From positions 1,793,775 through 1,857,774 of the forward strand of contig CAWJCS010000006.1 in NCBI GenBank assembly GCA_963841435.1: a DNA stretch of 64,000 nucleotides. Direction: 5' to 3'. Below the pieces are notes generated by a model, which saw nothing but the letters and a program-made list of their open reading frames with translations, ran no database searches and was not told the DNA's origin. Positions 28,383 through 38,048 of the stretch are shown here, in pieces. Made by a program: the position numbers and the translations under genes. This DNA is from an uncultured delta proteobacterium (GTDB taxonomy: Bacteria; Myxococcota_A; Polyangia; Polyangiales; Polyangiaceae). Numbering within the stretch: position 1 is the stretch's first letter; each line of letters begins with the position of its first letter.

Positions 28383-29524
28383 GCGAGCGCCACCACGCGC
28401 CCCGAGCGGTACGCGACCACGAGCTCACGCGACCCCGTGGCGACGAGCGACGCGACATCACCCTCCGGGATGATGATCTCGCCGGCGGCCCCTTCCCTGC
28501 CCAGACGCGTCAGCGTGCCCGAGGCGAACGCTGCGAGGACAGTGCCGTCAGCGAGGCAAGCCATGGGCGCGCCCGCGCCGCCCGCGAGCTCGAGGCGAGC
28601 CCCTGGCCGACCCGCCACACTGAGCCACTGCAGCCTGCCTTTTTCGACCACGACGAGCTCGGACCCCGTGCAGACGACGCGCTCGATGCCCGGTCGCCGC
28701 CAGAGCTCGTCGCTCTGCTCCGGATCGAAGCGTTCGAGGCCAAAATCGCCGAGGGCGTAGAGCTCCTGCCCGCCGACGAGCGACGCGACCGGCCCCGCGG
28801 CCGGCACCGCGCGAACCGTACCTGGACCACGTGCGAGCCGCACGATGCCGTCGGCGCCTGCGGCCGCGACGCCACCTCGCGCGAGGGGCACCGGGCCTGC
28901 GAGCGGCGGCGGCCCGAGGCGCGAGAAAGCGACCAGCGCACCGCGCGCCGAGAAGCCGAGCAGCGTTTTACCGAGCGTGGCGATCCAGATGCGCCCGCGT
29001 TCGTCGAGCACAGGCGCCGCGCCGATGCCACCGACCACGCTGATCGACCAGGCGAGCCCACCCTCTTCATCGACCGCGACGAGCCGATTGGGCGCCGCGG
29101 CGGCGACGGTGAGCGCGCCGGGGCCCGCGAGCGCGCCGCCGACGACGCGACCGGGCAACGTGAAGCTATAGCGGTAGCTCCCATCGGCGCGAAGCGCGTG
29201 CAGGTAGCGATCGATCGTGACGACGAGGACCGAACCGTCCGGCGCGATCGTCGGAGGAGCCGCGAGCGGGGCCCCCGCGTGGAACGACCAGCGCACCTCC
29301 GCGCGCTTTTCCTCGGCGCGCTCTCGCGGCGGCGGACCCGGCTCGGCCACGACCCCTCGCCGGGATGCGACGAGCGCGGCGGTCGACTTCGGCTCGGCGG
29401 CAACGCCGGTGGCCGAGGCGGCGAGCGAAAGGGCGACGAGCAGCGCACTCGGGCGGGGGGCGCGGAGCTCGGCCGGCATGACCACGGCCCATTTGAACGG
29501 ATGCAAAGCGAAGAGCAAGCTCAC
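28373..29524 (-). CDS. PQQ-like beta-propeller repeat protein (secreted)
   Basis: Signal-like hydrophobic stretch; repeats RWSF..., P.IAPDG.V.V...D..LHAL.ADG and G..AWS. Confidence 0.75.
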   Translation of the reverse strand: MSLLFALHPFKWAVVMPAELRAPRPSALLVALSLAASATGVAAEPKSTAALVASRRGVVAEPGPPPRERAEEKRAEVRWSFHAGAPLAAPPTIAPDGSVLVVTIDRYLHALRADGSYRYSFTLPGRVVGGALAGPGALTVAAAAPNRLVAVDEEGGLAWSISVVGGIGAAPVLDERGRIWIATLGKTLLGFSARGALVAFSRLGPPPLAGPVPLARGGVAAAGADGIVRLARGPGTVRAVPAAGPVASLVGGQELYALGDFGLERFDPEQSDELWRRPGIERVVCTGSELVVVEKGRLQWLSVAGRPGARLELAGGAGAPMACLADGTVLAAFASGTLTRLGREGAAGEIIIPEGDVASLVATGSRELVVAYRSGRVVALAWT

Positions 29525-30009
29525 TCGCGCATGGCGGCACGCAGGGCCTCGAGGGCCTGAGCGTCGAGCGCGCCGCCGGCGTGGCGGACCACCCCTCGCC
29601 GGTCAACCACGAGGGTCGTCGGCACGCGGTCGCTGCCGAGCGCGTCGGCAAGGTGGAAGCTCTCGTCAACGACCTGGGGGTACCCGAGCGAGCGAGACCG
29701 CACGAAATCCCTAACGTCTTCGAGGGGCTCACCGACCGCCACGCCCACGACGAGCGCCTGGCGCCCGACGCGGCGCTGGAGCCGATCAAGCGCGCCGAGC
29801 TCGCGTTCGCACGACTCGCACCAGGTTGCCCAGAGGGCGATGAGGGCGGGTTTGCCCCGCGTGAGCACGGGAAGCGAGGTCGGCTGGCGATCGAGGCTCA
29901 GCACCTCGACGGCGGGCAGGCCCGTGGTCGCCGCCACGGGCGCCGCCGGAGGCTGTGCCGCGCAACCCGCGAGCACGGCGACGATCAGAAGCGAAACCCG
30001 GAAGCCCAT
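29521..30009 (-). CDS. TlpA/ResA-like thiol-disulfide oxidoreductase lipoprotein
   Basis: Lipobox VLAGC; LWATWCESC..E; VPTTLVVDRRG.V. Confidence 0.92.
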   Translation of the reverse strand: MGFRVSLLIVAVLAGCAAQPPAAPVAATTGLPAVEVLSLDRQPTSLPVLTRGKPALIALWATWCESCERELGALDRLQRRVGRQALVVGVAVGEPLEDVRDFVRSRSLGYPQVVDESFHLADALGSDRVPTTLVVDRRGVVRHAGGALDAQALEALRAAMRE

Positions 30010-31187
30010 GTGAAGACCCGCACGACGAGATGGTCCGAGCGCGCGTACCAATCGTAGCCGGCGCTGAGGAAAAGCCCACCGAAGCGCCGCGTGGGCAAGA
30101 CGAGCTCGGCCTCGCCGCCCAGTGTGCGCGCCCCAAACGCACCGAGGTCGCTGTCGGCCGTGGCGGTCGTCGCATCGGCGGCCGCCCGGGTAGTGAAGAA
30201 CGCGACGGCCGTCTGCCGATGAGCCCGGTAGCGCGCCCCGACCCAGAAGGCGGGGGTGATGCGCTGGCGGAGCTCCGCCTCCAAGCTGTGGGCCCGAACG
30301 GCCCAATCGTCGCGGTAGTAGCGGTAGCTGAGCGCGAGCGCGCCGTCCCAGGGGAGCCATTGCGAGAGCCCCACCGCGAGCGCCTGGCGGTTGCGCTCGC
30401 CAGGCAAGACCTCGCGGATGCGCTGGCCGTCAACCGTCGGCACGCTGTTCCACGTGTTGCTGAGCTCGCCGCGCTGCAAGGTGATGCCGTAGCTCGCGTA
30501 AAAGAGCGTGCTCGCCGAGAGCAGCTGCGAGATGCCGAGATTGAGGTTCGTCGACGAGCGCGAGGCCCGGCCGTTGCGCGCGCCACCGAGCGAGAAGGCA
30601 TCGAACCAGTCGAGCACCTGATTCGCGGCGAGGCTCAAGGTCGCATTGTCCTCGGCGAGCGCGAGGTCGAGCTCGAGCGAAAGCGCCCACGAGAGGAAGT
30701 TTTCCTCGTGGTGAAAGCTCACGCCACCCGTCCAGGCGGTGTTGCGATCGGCGTGGGCCGTGAGCTGATAGCCGATCTCCTTGGCGATGTTCTGGGCGGA
30801 CGCCGTGCTGACGACGTCGGGGTTACCGTAGTATCGGTCGCTCGCGTTCGCCGAGGCGCTCGTGACGACGTCAACCGGGATCCACAAGCGGTGCTCGAGC
30901 GCGTCGCCCTGGCGCACGTCGATCTCGCCTTGCGCCTGGAGCACGTGCAGCGTCTCCGAGCCCGGGCCCGCGAGCGGGCCCGCCTGAGATTGGTAGCCGT
31001 GGCCCGTCTGGTCGTACGCGGTGATGCGCGTCGCCGCGAGCTCCACGGCGACGTCCGAGGCGTTGCCGAGCACCTCGGCATCGGTGAACTCTCCCTCGCT
31101 CGCGCCCGCAAGCTTCACGGCAAAAAGCAACGTCGCGCCGAGACACCCCGCGAAAAGCACGCGCTGGAAGAGTCGGCTCGCGATCAC
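29985..31187 (-). CDS. DUF3570-like outer-membrane beta-barrel protein
   Basis: Signal peptide; VDVVTSAS and DVVSTAS; E.LP..R.R; YRYYRDDWAVRAHS; RYR.H.QTA..F; DSDL..F; terminal Phe (GFRF). Confidence 0.82.
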   Translation of the reverse strand: MIASRLFQRVLFAGCLGATLLFAVKLAGASEGEFTDAEVLGNASDVAVELAATRITAYDQTGHGYQSQAGPLAGPGSETLHVLQAQGEIDVRQGDALEHRLWIPVDVVTSASANASDRYYGNPDVVSTASAQNIAKEIGYQLTAHADRNTAWTGGVSFHHEENFLSWALSLELDLALAEDNATLSLAANQVLDWFDAFSLGGARNGRASRSSTNLNLGISQLLSASTLFYASYGITLQRGELSNTWNSVPTVDGQRIREVLPGERNRQALAVGLSQWLPWDGALALSYRYYRDDWAVRAHSLEAELRQRITPAFWVGARYRAHRQTAVAFFTTRAAADATTATADSDLGAFGARTLGGEAELVLPTRRFGGLFLSAGYDWYARSDHLVVRVFTWASGFRF

Positions 31188-31492
31188 TGGCAGCTGCAGC
31201 CGCCGCCCGCCGGCTTGCCGTCCCCGCCCGCGGCGGCCTCCCTGGTCGTGTAGAGCTTGCGTTGACGGTGACGGTCGAGCGGTTCGTCGGGGCGGTCGAG
31301 CATGGGCTCCGCGAAGTGCGCGCGGCGGTTTTGGGGCACGACGGCGCACGCGCCGAGCGAGAGTGAAAGGGCCGCGAGCAAAAGGGCGCTGGTGCCGCGG
31401 AGCACGAAGTCACGGGCGCGCCCCCGGATCGGAGCGAGGTCGGGCCCGGCTCGCCCGCCGCGCGGCGAGGCAACGCGCCCCGCGCCGGTCAT
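31184..31492 (-). CDS. DUF4266-like small lipoprotein
   Basis: Lipobox LGAC, V.P..R..FA.P.L, Y.TREAAAGG and terminal GGGCSCQ; ATGA/GTGA overlaps on both sides. Confidence 0.85.
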   Translation of the reverse strand: MTGAGRVASPRGGRAGPDLAPIRGRARDFVLRGTSALLLAALSLSLGACAVVPQNRRAHFAEPMLDRPDEPLDRHRQRKLYTTREAAAGGDGKPAGGGCSCQ

Positions 31493-32046
31493 AGCGTGCC
31501 CCCGACGAAGGCGCCGCAAAAGGCGCTCGAGCACGCGGCCTCGACCCGGACGTCGGGACCGCGGCGGCGTCGACGATCGGCGAGCGCGGCATCGAAGATG
31601 CCGATGGCGCTGCCGACGACGCTGACGCTAATGAGCACCGGGTAGATGCGCTGACTCTTGTGCTTGCCGCGGATGGGCGCTTCGGGACGCGCGCTGAGCA
31701 GGGCCAGCATGCCGAGACCTCCAAGCGCGGGCGGAATGGAGAACAGCGCCCCACGCCCCCACTCGCCCGTGACGGCGTGGGCCGCGAACGGCGCGAGCGT
31801 GAGTCCGGTGTGCATGGCGAAGAGTCCCGCGTGCTTCTCGGCGAGCGTCGGCTCGGTCGTGAGCAGCGTCGCACCGACGCCCATCGACACCCCCGCGACG
31901 AGGAGCCCCGTCACCATGGCGGCGGGGCCACGCGGGGGCTCGGCGACCGGCGCGGAAAGGGGCGCCGGCTCGGCGGCGCGGGCCGGGCGCGCGACCGAGA
32001 CCGCCGCGAGCGCGCCCGCGGCGGCCAGAGTGCGAAGCGCTGTCAA
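31489..32046 (-). CDS. Hypothetical membrane/secreted protein
   Basis: Signal-like AVSVARPARA, several hydrophobic helices, stop coupled to the next gene; TTG start inferred. Confidence 0.6.
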   Translation of the reverse strand: MTALRTLAAAGALAAVSVARPARAAEPAPLSAPVAEPPRGPAAMVTGLLVAGVSMGVGATLLTTEPTLAEKHAGLFAMHTGLTLAPFAAHAVTGEWGRGALFSIPPALGGLGMLALLSARPEAPIRGKHKSQRIYPVLISVSVVGSAIGIFDAALADRRRRRGPDVRVEAACSSAFCGAFVGGTL

Positions 32047-32119
32047 AGCGCGCGGACGTTGCCACGGCGCCCGGCCTCCGCCAAGGGCGGCCCCGGCCGA
32101 AACGGGATACGCTTGCCGC

Positions 32120-32752
32120 GTGCACGTCTTCGGGCTCACGGGGGGTCTCGCGTCCGGCAAGAGCAGTGTGGCGGCACGCTTCCGCGAGCGCGGTGTGACC
32201 GTGATCGACGCCGACGCGCTCGCCCGTGAGATCGTCACCCCCGCGAGCGAAGGGCTCCGAGCCATCACCGCCGAATTCGGCACCGCGGTGCTCGCCGCCG
32301 ACGGTAGCCTCGATCGCTCGGCGCTCGGCGCGAGGGTCTTCGGAGACAAGGACGCGCGGCGTCGTCTGGAAGCGCTGCTGCACCCGCGCATCCACGACCT
32401 CATGGTTGCACGCACGGCGGAGCTCGCGGCTCGCGGTGAGCCCCTCGCCTGCTACGAGGCGCCGCTGCTCGTGGAGGTGGGCCACGCGGACGAGCTCCGG
32501 CCTCTGGTGGTGGTGTCCGCATTGCCGAGCGAGCAGATCCGTCGTGCGGCGGCGCGAGACGGTCGCGGCGAAGACGACGCGCGGGCGCGCCTCGGAGCGC
32601 AGCTGCCGCTCCGCGAGAAGGTCGCGGCGGCCGACATCGTCATCGACAACACTGGAACACGGGCCGAGCTCGTGCAGCGGGCCGACGAGGCGCTCGACGA
32701 GGTGCTGTCACGCGTCGGCATCCCAGCCGATCGGTATCCGAGACCGGCCTGA
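32120..32752 (+). CDS. coaE: Dephospho-CoA kinase
   Basis: GLTGGLASGKSSV, IDAD, LDR..LG..VF, LE.LLHP, EAPLL.E, R..AQ and ADIVIDN.G. Confidence 0.96.
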   Translation: MHVFGLTGGLASGKSSVAARFRERGVTVIDADALAREIVTPASEGLRAITAEFGTAVLAADGSLDRSALGARVFGDKDARRRLEALLHPRIHDLMVARTAELAARGEPLACYEAPLLVEVGHADELRPLVVVSALPSEQIRRAAARDGRGEDDARARLGAQLPLREKVAAADIVIDNTGTRAELVQRADEALDEVLSRVGIPADRYPRPA

Positions 32753-32770
32753 GGAGAGCGCTTCGCCGCG

Positions 32771-33622
32771 TCAGGCCAAACGCGCCTGGGCGGCGCGGAG
32801 CGTGTTGTCGAGCAGCATGGCGATCGTCATCGGCCCCACGCCGCCCGGCACGGGTGTGATCGCGCCCGCCACCTTCAAAGCGGACTCGAAGTCAACGTCG
32901 CCGCACAGCTTGTTGTTCTCGTCCCGGTTCATGCCGACGTCGATCACGGCGGCGCCCGGCTTGAGAAACGACCCCGGAATCATCTTGGCGCGGCCGACCG
33001 CCGCGACGAGCACGTCCGCCTCGCGGCACAACCCTTCGAGATCACGGCTCCTGGAGTGCGCCATCGTCACCGTGGCGTTCCGCGCGAGCAAGAGCGCCGC
33101 GACCGGCTTGCCCACGATGTTGGAGCGTCCGAGGACGAGCGCGCGGGCCCCCGCGAGAGCCACGCCGGCGTGGTCGAGCAGCGCGAGGCAGCCGCGCGGC
33201 GTGCAGGGCACGAGCCCGGGGACGCCCGACCACAGCGCGCCGACGTTGACGGCATGAAAGCCGTCAACGTCCTTCTTGGGGTCGATCGAGGCGAGCACGA
33301 GCTCCGCGCGCACCCCGAAAGGCAGCGGCAACTGGACGAGAATGCCATCGACGCCATCGTCGGCGTTGAGCTCGCGCACGAGGCCGAGGAGCTCGTCCTC
33401 GGACACGCTCGCCGGCAGGCGGTGCACCTGGCCGTCGATGCCCGCTTCGGCCGCGGCCTTTTCCTTGCCGCGCACGTACACCGCCGAGGCACCGTCGTCG
33501 CCGGCGAGCACGACGCGAAGCCCGGGCGCTCGGCCGTGCACCTCCTTGAAGCGCGCCGCAGCGGACGCCACCTCGGTGCGTAGAGCCTGCGCCACCGCCT
33601 TGCCATCGATGAGCGTCGCCAT
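32771..33622 (-). CDS. folD: Methylenetetrahydrofolate dehydrogenase/cyclohydrolase
   Basis: [41 protein letters not shown] and [11 protein letters not shown]. Confidence 0.97.
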   Translation of the reverse strand: MATLIDGKAVAQALRTEVASAAARFKEVHGRAPGLRVVLAGDDGASAVYVRGKEKAAAEAGIDGQVHRLPASVSEDELLGLVRELNADDGVDGILVQLPLPFGVRAELVLASIDPKKDVDGFHAVNVGALWSGVPGLVPCTPRGCLALLDHAGVALAGARALVLGRSNIVGKPVAALLLARNATVTMAHSRSRDLEGLCREADVLVAAVGRAKMIPGSFLKPGAAVIDVGMNRDENNKLCGDVDFESALKVAGAITPVPGGVGPMTIAMLLDNTLRAAQARLA

Positions 33623-33748
33623 GGGGCGCTCGTTATCGGAACGCGCTCTGCGGCGCAAGCCGGGGCCCCCTCGGAGGCTGCCCGGCCTGGGGCTCGCCGG
33701 GACGTTGGCAACCAGACCCGTGCCGGTCGCCGCCACCCCCGCGGGCCG

Positions 33749-34711
33749 TCACGACGCGGGCGCTTCGAGCAGTCGGGTGACGCGCGCGCTGCGCTGCTGG
33801 TGGATGCGGTACGCGACCGCGAGCAATGCCAGCCCGAGCAGCTGCGAGGTGCTGAGCCCCAGGAGTGAGCCTCGGTCGTCGGCACGCACCATTTCGATCA
33901 CGAAGCGCGCGGCGGCGTAGAGCGCGACGAACGCCGCGAAAACCTGGCCGTCGTAGCGCTTTTTGCCGTGCAGATACAGGATGAGGAACGCGGCGATCGC
34001 GAACGAGGCGGCCGACTCGTAAAGCTGCGTGGGGTGCACGGCGAGCGATTCGTGCATCGTGCTCGGCAGGAGCCCGAGCTTGGCTTCGGCCTCGCTCGCG
34101 GGGCTGCCCGACGGGAAGACGACGGCCCAGTCGGAATGCCACGGTTTGCCGAAACAGCAGCCGGCGGCCAGGCACCCGAGCCGTCCGAAGCCGAGGCCAA
34201 TGGGGACCACCATCCCAGCCATGTCGGCCGCCTTCCAAAACGGAAAGCGATCGGCGCGGAGCAAGTACCAGGCAGCGAGCGAGGCCGCGGCAAACCCGCC
34301 GTAGTACGCGAGCCCGCCCGCGTAGAATTTCGCCCACGCGAAGCAGTCGCGCGCCGTGGGGCGACAGACCTGATGCGCGAAGTCCCAGGCGCCACCGTAT
34401 TCGGGGCTCAGGCATTGCTGGCGAGAGACGTGCCACTGAACCTGAGAGGGATCCGTGCAGAGGTGCACGTAATCCCAGAAGTAGCCGTCGGCGAAGACGT
34501 GCAACAGTCGCCCGCCCGCTATGCCAGCGAGCACCATGGCGAGACCGAGATCGACGATAACGTCCGGGTTTTGACCGATGCGCCGCGCCCAGATGGCGCC
34601 CATCACCGTCGCCATCAGAAAGCCCGCGAGCAGGAGCACGAAGTAGCTCGGGAAAGGCATGACGAGCCCTTCCAGGAAGGGGAGCTCGAACTGAAAGAGG
34701 CGCCCGTGCAT
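33749..34711 (-). CDS. lgt: Prolipoprotein diacylglyceryl transferase
   Basis: GGRLLHV, GGLAYYGG, GRLGCL.AGCCFG, HPTQLYE and RFVIE..R.D. Confidence 0.93.
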   Translation of the reverse strand: MHGRLFQFELPFLEGLVMPFPSYFVLLLAGFLMATVMGAIWARRIGQNPDVIVDLGLAMVLAGIAGGRLLHVFADGYFWDYVHLCTDPSQVQWHVSRQQCLSPEYGGAWDFAHQVCRPTARDCFAWAKFYAGGLAYYGGFAAASLAAWYLLRADRFPFWKAADMAGMVVPIGLGFGRLGCLAAGCCFGKPWHSDWAVVFPSGSPASEAEAKLGLLPSTMHESLAVHPTQLYESAASFAIAAFLILYLHGKKRYDGQVFAAFVALYAAARFVIEMVRADDRGSLLGLSTSQLLGLALLAVAYRIHQQRSARVTRLLEAPAS

Positions 34712-34714
34712 GGC

Positions 34715-35431
34715 TCAGCCTGAAGGCGGACTCAGCGATGGAGGGCTCGCCTCGCCGAGGGCGGGCGCGAGCGGTGGCGGCTGTTCGGGCGGGCCGGGCG
34801 GGATCGAGCGCTCCGGTCCGCGGCGCGACGTGAACATGTCGATCGCCATGAGACCGACACCCAGGCAGATGGCGATGTCGGCCACGTTGAAGGTCGGCCA
34901 GTGGTCGGTGAGCCCCCAGCCCGGCACAGCGCGTGCGATGAGCCGGTTCATCGAGAGCACCCAGTCGGCGCGATAATCGATGAAATCGATGACGCTGCTG
35001 CGGGTGACGCGATCCGAGAGGTTCCCGAGCGCTCCGCCGAGCACGAGGGGCAACCCCCACGTGAGTGCCCGCTGCCCCTTGCCGAGCTTGGAGTAGAGCG
35101 ACACGATGAAAAGAACGGCGAGCACGCTCACAGCGAAGAAGAACGGGCGCCGCACCGTCTCGTTCGCGTCCTGCAAGAGGCCCCAGGCCCCACCTTTGTT
35201 GTACGCGATAGTGAGCGTGAGGTGCTTCTTGACGATGTCGATCGCCGGGTCATCGAAGGGACGATTCGAGAGCACGATCTCGGCCCACGCCTTGGTCGCA
35301 ACATCGGCGAGCAACGAGATCGCGGCGACAACGCCGAAGAAGAGAAACGTGGGCCTGCCGGGCTCGGGAGGCCTGCTCGGCACGGCGGGGGTCGTTGGGT
35401 CTGCGACCGGGGGTCGCTCGAGCTCACTCAT
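34715..35431 (-). CDS. lspA: Lipoprotein signal peptidase II
   Basis: D..TK, N.GGAWG, GGALGNL.DR, VIDFI and WPTFNVAD. Confidence 0.95.
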   Translation of the reverse strand: MSELERPPVADPTTPAVPSRPPEPGRPTFLFFGVVAAISLLADVATKAWAEIVLSNRPFDDPAIDIVKKHLTLTIAYNKGGAWGLLQDANETVRRPFFFAVSVLAVLFIVSLYSKLGKGQRALTWGLPLVLGGALGNLSDRVTRSSVIDFIDYRADWVLSMNRLIARAVPGWGLTDHWPTFNVADIAICLGVGLMAIDMFTSRRGPERSIPPGPPEQPPPLAPALGEASPPSLSPPSG

Positions 35432-35584
35432 CGGCGGGGATTCCTACGATACTCTCGATGGGTCGGTCGAGTTCGTCGCCCGACGGGCGCTTCATCCCGG
35501 CGGCCTCGCCCCCTGAACGCCCCTGGCCGGAACCCGATTCCCCCCGATTTCACCCTGGCTTCCCAGCGCCGGCCCGCGGCCCGG

Positions 35585-35614
35585 GTGACAGAGTACGGAG
35601 CATCCGTTTAGTAT
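35585..35614 (+). promoter_or_regulatory. Putative leaderless promoter of the helicase, with a possible overlapping LexA-like operator
   Basis: GTGACA (35585-90), 18 nt, TAGTAT (35609-14), ATG at 35621. CGGAGC-ATCC-GTTTAG (35596-611) resembles CTGAAC-N4-GTTCAG. Confidence 0.4.
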
Positions 35615-35620
35615 CCGGCG

Positions 35621-38041
35621 ATGCCTCAGGCTCCATGGTCCCACGCCCGTGGCCTCGGCGCCGTCATCGAGGCGTGGCAGGCGTCCGGCGCCGTGAAGCG
35701 CTGCCTCGCGGCGGAGCGCCATCTGCCGGCCGAGGAGCCCGAAAGCGCGTCGTTGCCCGGAGACCTCACACCGGGTCTCGTCCGGGCGCTCCACGGGCGC
35801 GGCATCACTTCGCTCTACAGCCACCAGCGCAAGGCGATCGACGCGGCACGCTCGGGCCGGCACGTCGTCATCGCGACGCCCACGGCGAGCGGCAAAAGCC
35901 TGTGCTTCCACCTCCCCGTGCTCGACGCGCTCGCACGCGATCCCGACGCCACGGCGCTCTATCTCTATCCGACCAAGGCGCTCTCGCGCGACCAGGAATT
36001 TTCGCTGCTCGAGCTCGTGAAGGAAGCCGAGATCGCGCTTCCCGCCGCGGTGTTCGACGGCGACACGCCGGGCGACGCGCGCCGCGCCGCACGCGAGCGC
36101 TCGCGCATCGTGCTCACGAATCCCGACATGCTCCACGCGGGGATCCTACCGAGCCACGCGCGCTGGGCCGCGCTGTTCCAGGGCCTCAGATACGTCGTGC
36201 TCGACGAGCTTCACACCTACCGGGGCGTGTTCGGCTCGCACATGGCGCACGTCGTGGCGCGGCTGCGCCGCATCGCGCGCTTTCACGGCGCAAACCCGGT
36301 GTTCATCGCCGCGACGGCCACCATCGGCAACCCGCGCGAGCACGCGGCGCGCCTGTTCGGCGAGCCAGCCGAGGCCATCACGCTCGTGGATCGCTCCGGG
36401 GCGCCGCGCGCCGCGCGTGAGGTGTACCTCTACAACCCGCCCGTCGTGAACGAAGAGCTCGGCGTGCGGAAGAGCTCGCTCAAAGAGGCGGTCGCGCTCG
36501 CGCGCGACCTCGTGGCCGCCCGCGTCCCGACGATCCTGTTCGGCCCGTCACGAAATTCGGTCGAGGTCATGCTGAAGTACCTGCGCGAAAGCCTGCAGGG
36601 CGAGGTGCCCCCCGACGCGATCATGGGCTACCGCGGCGGCTACCTGCCCGAGACACGCCGACGCGTCGAAGCCGGCCTGCGCGAGGGCGAGATCCTCTGC
36701 GTGGTCGCCACGAACGCGCTCGAGCTAGGCATCGACATCGGTGATCTCGACGCCGTCGTGTGCGCCGGGTACCCGGGCTCCGTCGCCGGCACCTGGCAGC
36801 GCTTCGGTCGTGCGGGGCGGCGCGGCGAGCGGAGCGTCGCCGTGCTCGTTTGCACGAGCGACCCGCTCGATCAATTCCTAGCGCGCGAGCCGGCGTTCTT
36901 GTTCGACGCACCCGCGGAGGAAGCCCGCGTCGACCCGAAGAACACGGAGATCCTCATCCAGCACCTCAAGTGTGCGGCGTTCGAGGCCCCCTTCGAGCTC
37001 TCGAGCGCGGGGCGGCGGCCGTCCGACCCCGCGCCGGCCGCCGGCGAGAGCTACCTCGGGCTCGACGCCGGCGGCACGCGGGACGCGCTCGACTATCTCG
37101 AGGGCCACGGCCTCGTCCACAGGAGCGGCGACCGCTACTTCTGGTCCGGCGAAGCGTTTCCGGCGAGCAATGTCTCCCTTCGCTCGATCGGCTGGGACAA
37201 CTTCGTGATCATCGACACGGGGACGGGGCGGTCGCTCGCGGAGCTCGATTTTCGCGCGACGCACACCATGTTGCACGAGCAAGCCATCTACCAGCACGAC
37301 GCCGAGCAGTATCAGGTGGAGCGGCTCGACTTCGAGAATCACAAGGCGTTCGTCAAGAAGGTCGAGCCGGACTATTTCACGACCGCGCTCACTTACCGCA
37401 CCGTGTCGGTCATCGAAGAGCGGACGCTCGGCACGCTCGGTCGCGCGCGCATCGGGTTCGGCGACGTCAAGGTCGTCGAGAAGGTCACCGGCTACAAGAA
37501 GATCAAATTCTTCACGCACGAGAACGCGGGCTACGGCGACGTGCACCTGCCCGAGATGCAGATGCACACGACGAGCTTCTGGCTCACGGTACCGGAAAGC
37601 GTGCTCGAGACGCTCGGCGTACCGCGTGCACTGCTCATCGACGCGCTCAGAGGCATCGGCGTGGCGCTCGAGACGATCGCCGCGCTCGCGCTGATGTGCG
37701 ACCCGCGTGACCTCGGACGCACGCTGGGTGACGGTGACGGCGATGGCGCGGCGCCCGGTCGCGATCCGTTCGCACGCCGCACGGGCGGCTTCGACCCCAC
37801 GCTGTTCTTGTTCGACTCGATCCCGGGTGGCGTCGGGCTCGCGGAGCGCGTCCACGAGCGCGCCGCCGAGCTCGTCGACCGCACACGACTGCTCATCGAG
37901 TCCTGTCGCTGCTCGGCCGGCTGCCCAGCCTGCGTCGGCCCCGCCGGTGACGAGGGGCCGCGCAAGCGGATCGCGCTCGAGCTGCTCGGCGCGCTCGACC
38001 TGCGCGCCGCGACGCCCGTTCCGGGCGTGGTCGGGCTATGA
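35621..38041 (+). CDS. DEAD/DEAH helicase with DUF1998 Zn domain (MrfA/YprA/SftH/Hrq1 family)
   Basis: LYSHQ, TPTASGKS, YPTKAL..DQ, TNPDMLH, DELH.YRG.FGSH, ATIGNP, TNALELGIDIG and QR.GRAGRR; C-terminal MCD..D, FD..PGG.G and CRC..GCPAC. Confidence 0.95.
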   Translation: MPQAPWSHARGLGAVIEAWQASGAVKRCLAAERHLPAEEPESASLPGDLTPGLVRALHGRGITSLYSHQRKAIDAARSGRHVVIATPTASGKSLCFHLPVLDALARDPDATALYLYPTKALSRDQEFSLLELVKEAEIALPAAVFDGDTPGDARRAARERSRIVLTNPDMLHAGILPSHARWAALFQGLRYVVLDELHTYRGVFGSHMAHVVARLRRIARFHGANPVFIAATATIGNPREHAARLFGEPAEAITLVDRSGAPRAAREVYLYNPPVVNEELGVRKSSLKEAVALARDLVAARVPTILFGPSRNSVEVMLKYLRESLQGEVPPDAIMGYRGGYLPETRRRVEAGLREGEILCVVATNALELGIDIGDLDAVVCAGYPGSVAGTWQRFGRAGRRGERSVAVLVCTSDPLDQFLAREPAFLFDAPAEEARVDPKNTEILIQHLKCAAFEAPFELSSAGRRPSDPAPAAGESYLGLDAGGTRDALDYLEGHGLVHRSGDRYFWSGEAFPASNVSLRSIGWDNFVIIDTGTGRSLAELDFRATHTMLHEQAIYQHDAEQYQVERLDFENHKAFVKKVEPDYFTTALTYRTVSVIEERTLGTLGRARIGFGDVKVVEKVTGYKKIKFFTHENAGYGDVHLPEMQMHTTSFWLTVPESVLETLGVPRALLIDALRGIGVALETIAALALMCDPRDLGRTLGDGDGDGAAPGRDPFARRTGGFDPTLFLFDSIPGGVGLAERVHERAAELVDRTRLLIESCRCSAGCPACVGPAGDEGPRKRIALELLGALDLRAATPVPGVVGL

Positions 38042-38048
38042 CCGGGGC

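Noticed and set aside
20870-28760. Long antisense or alternate-frame ORFs (20870..22594, 24715..26172, 27117..28760; likewise 39034..40878, 42713..44419, 58680..60242)
   Set aside because: Shadow ORFs expected in high-GC DNA; they overlap well-supported genes, are Arg/Ala/Pro-rich and have no family motifs.
35621-38041. DUF1998 helicase as part of a DISARM/Druantia/Dpd defence island
   Set aside because: Single compact MrfA/Hrq1-type architecture among housekeeping genes; no methylase, PLD nuclease or other defence partners.
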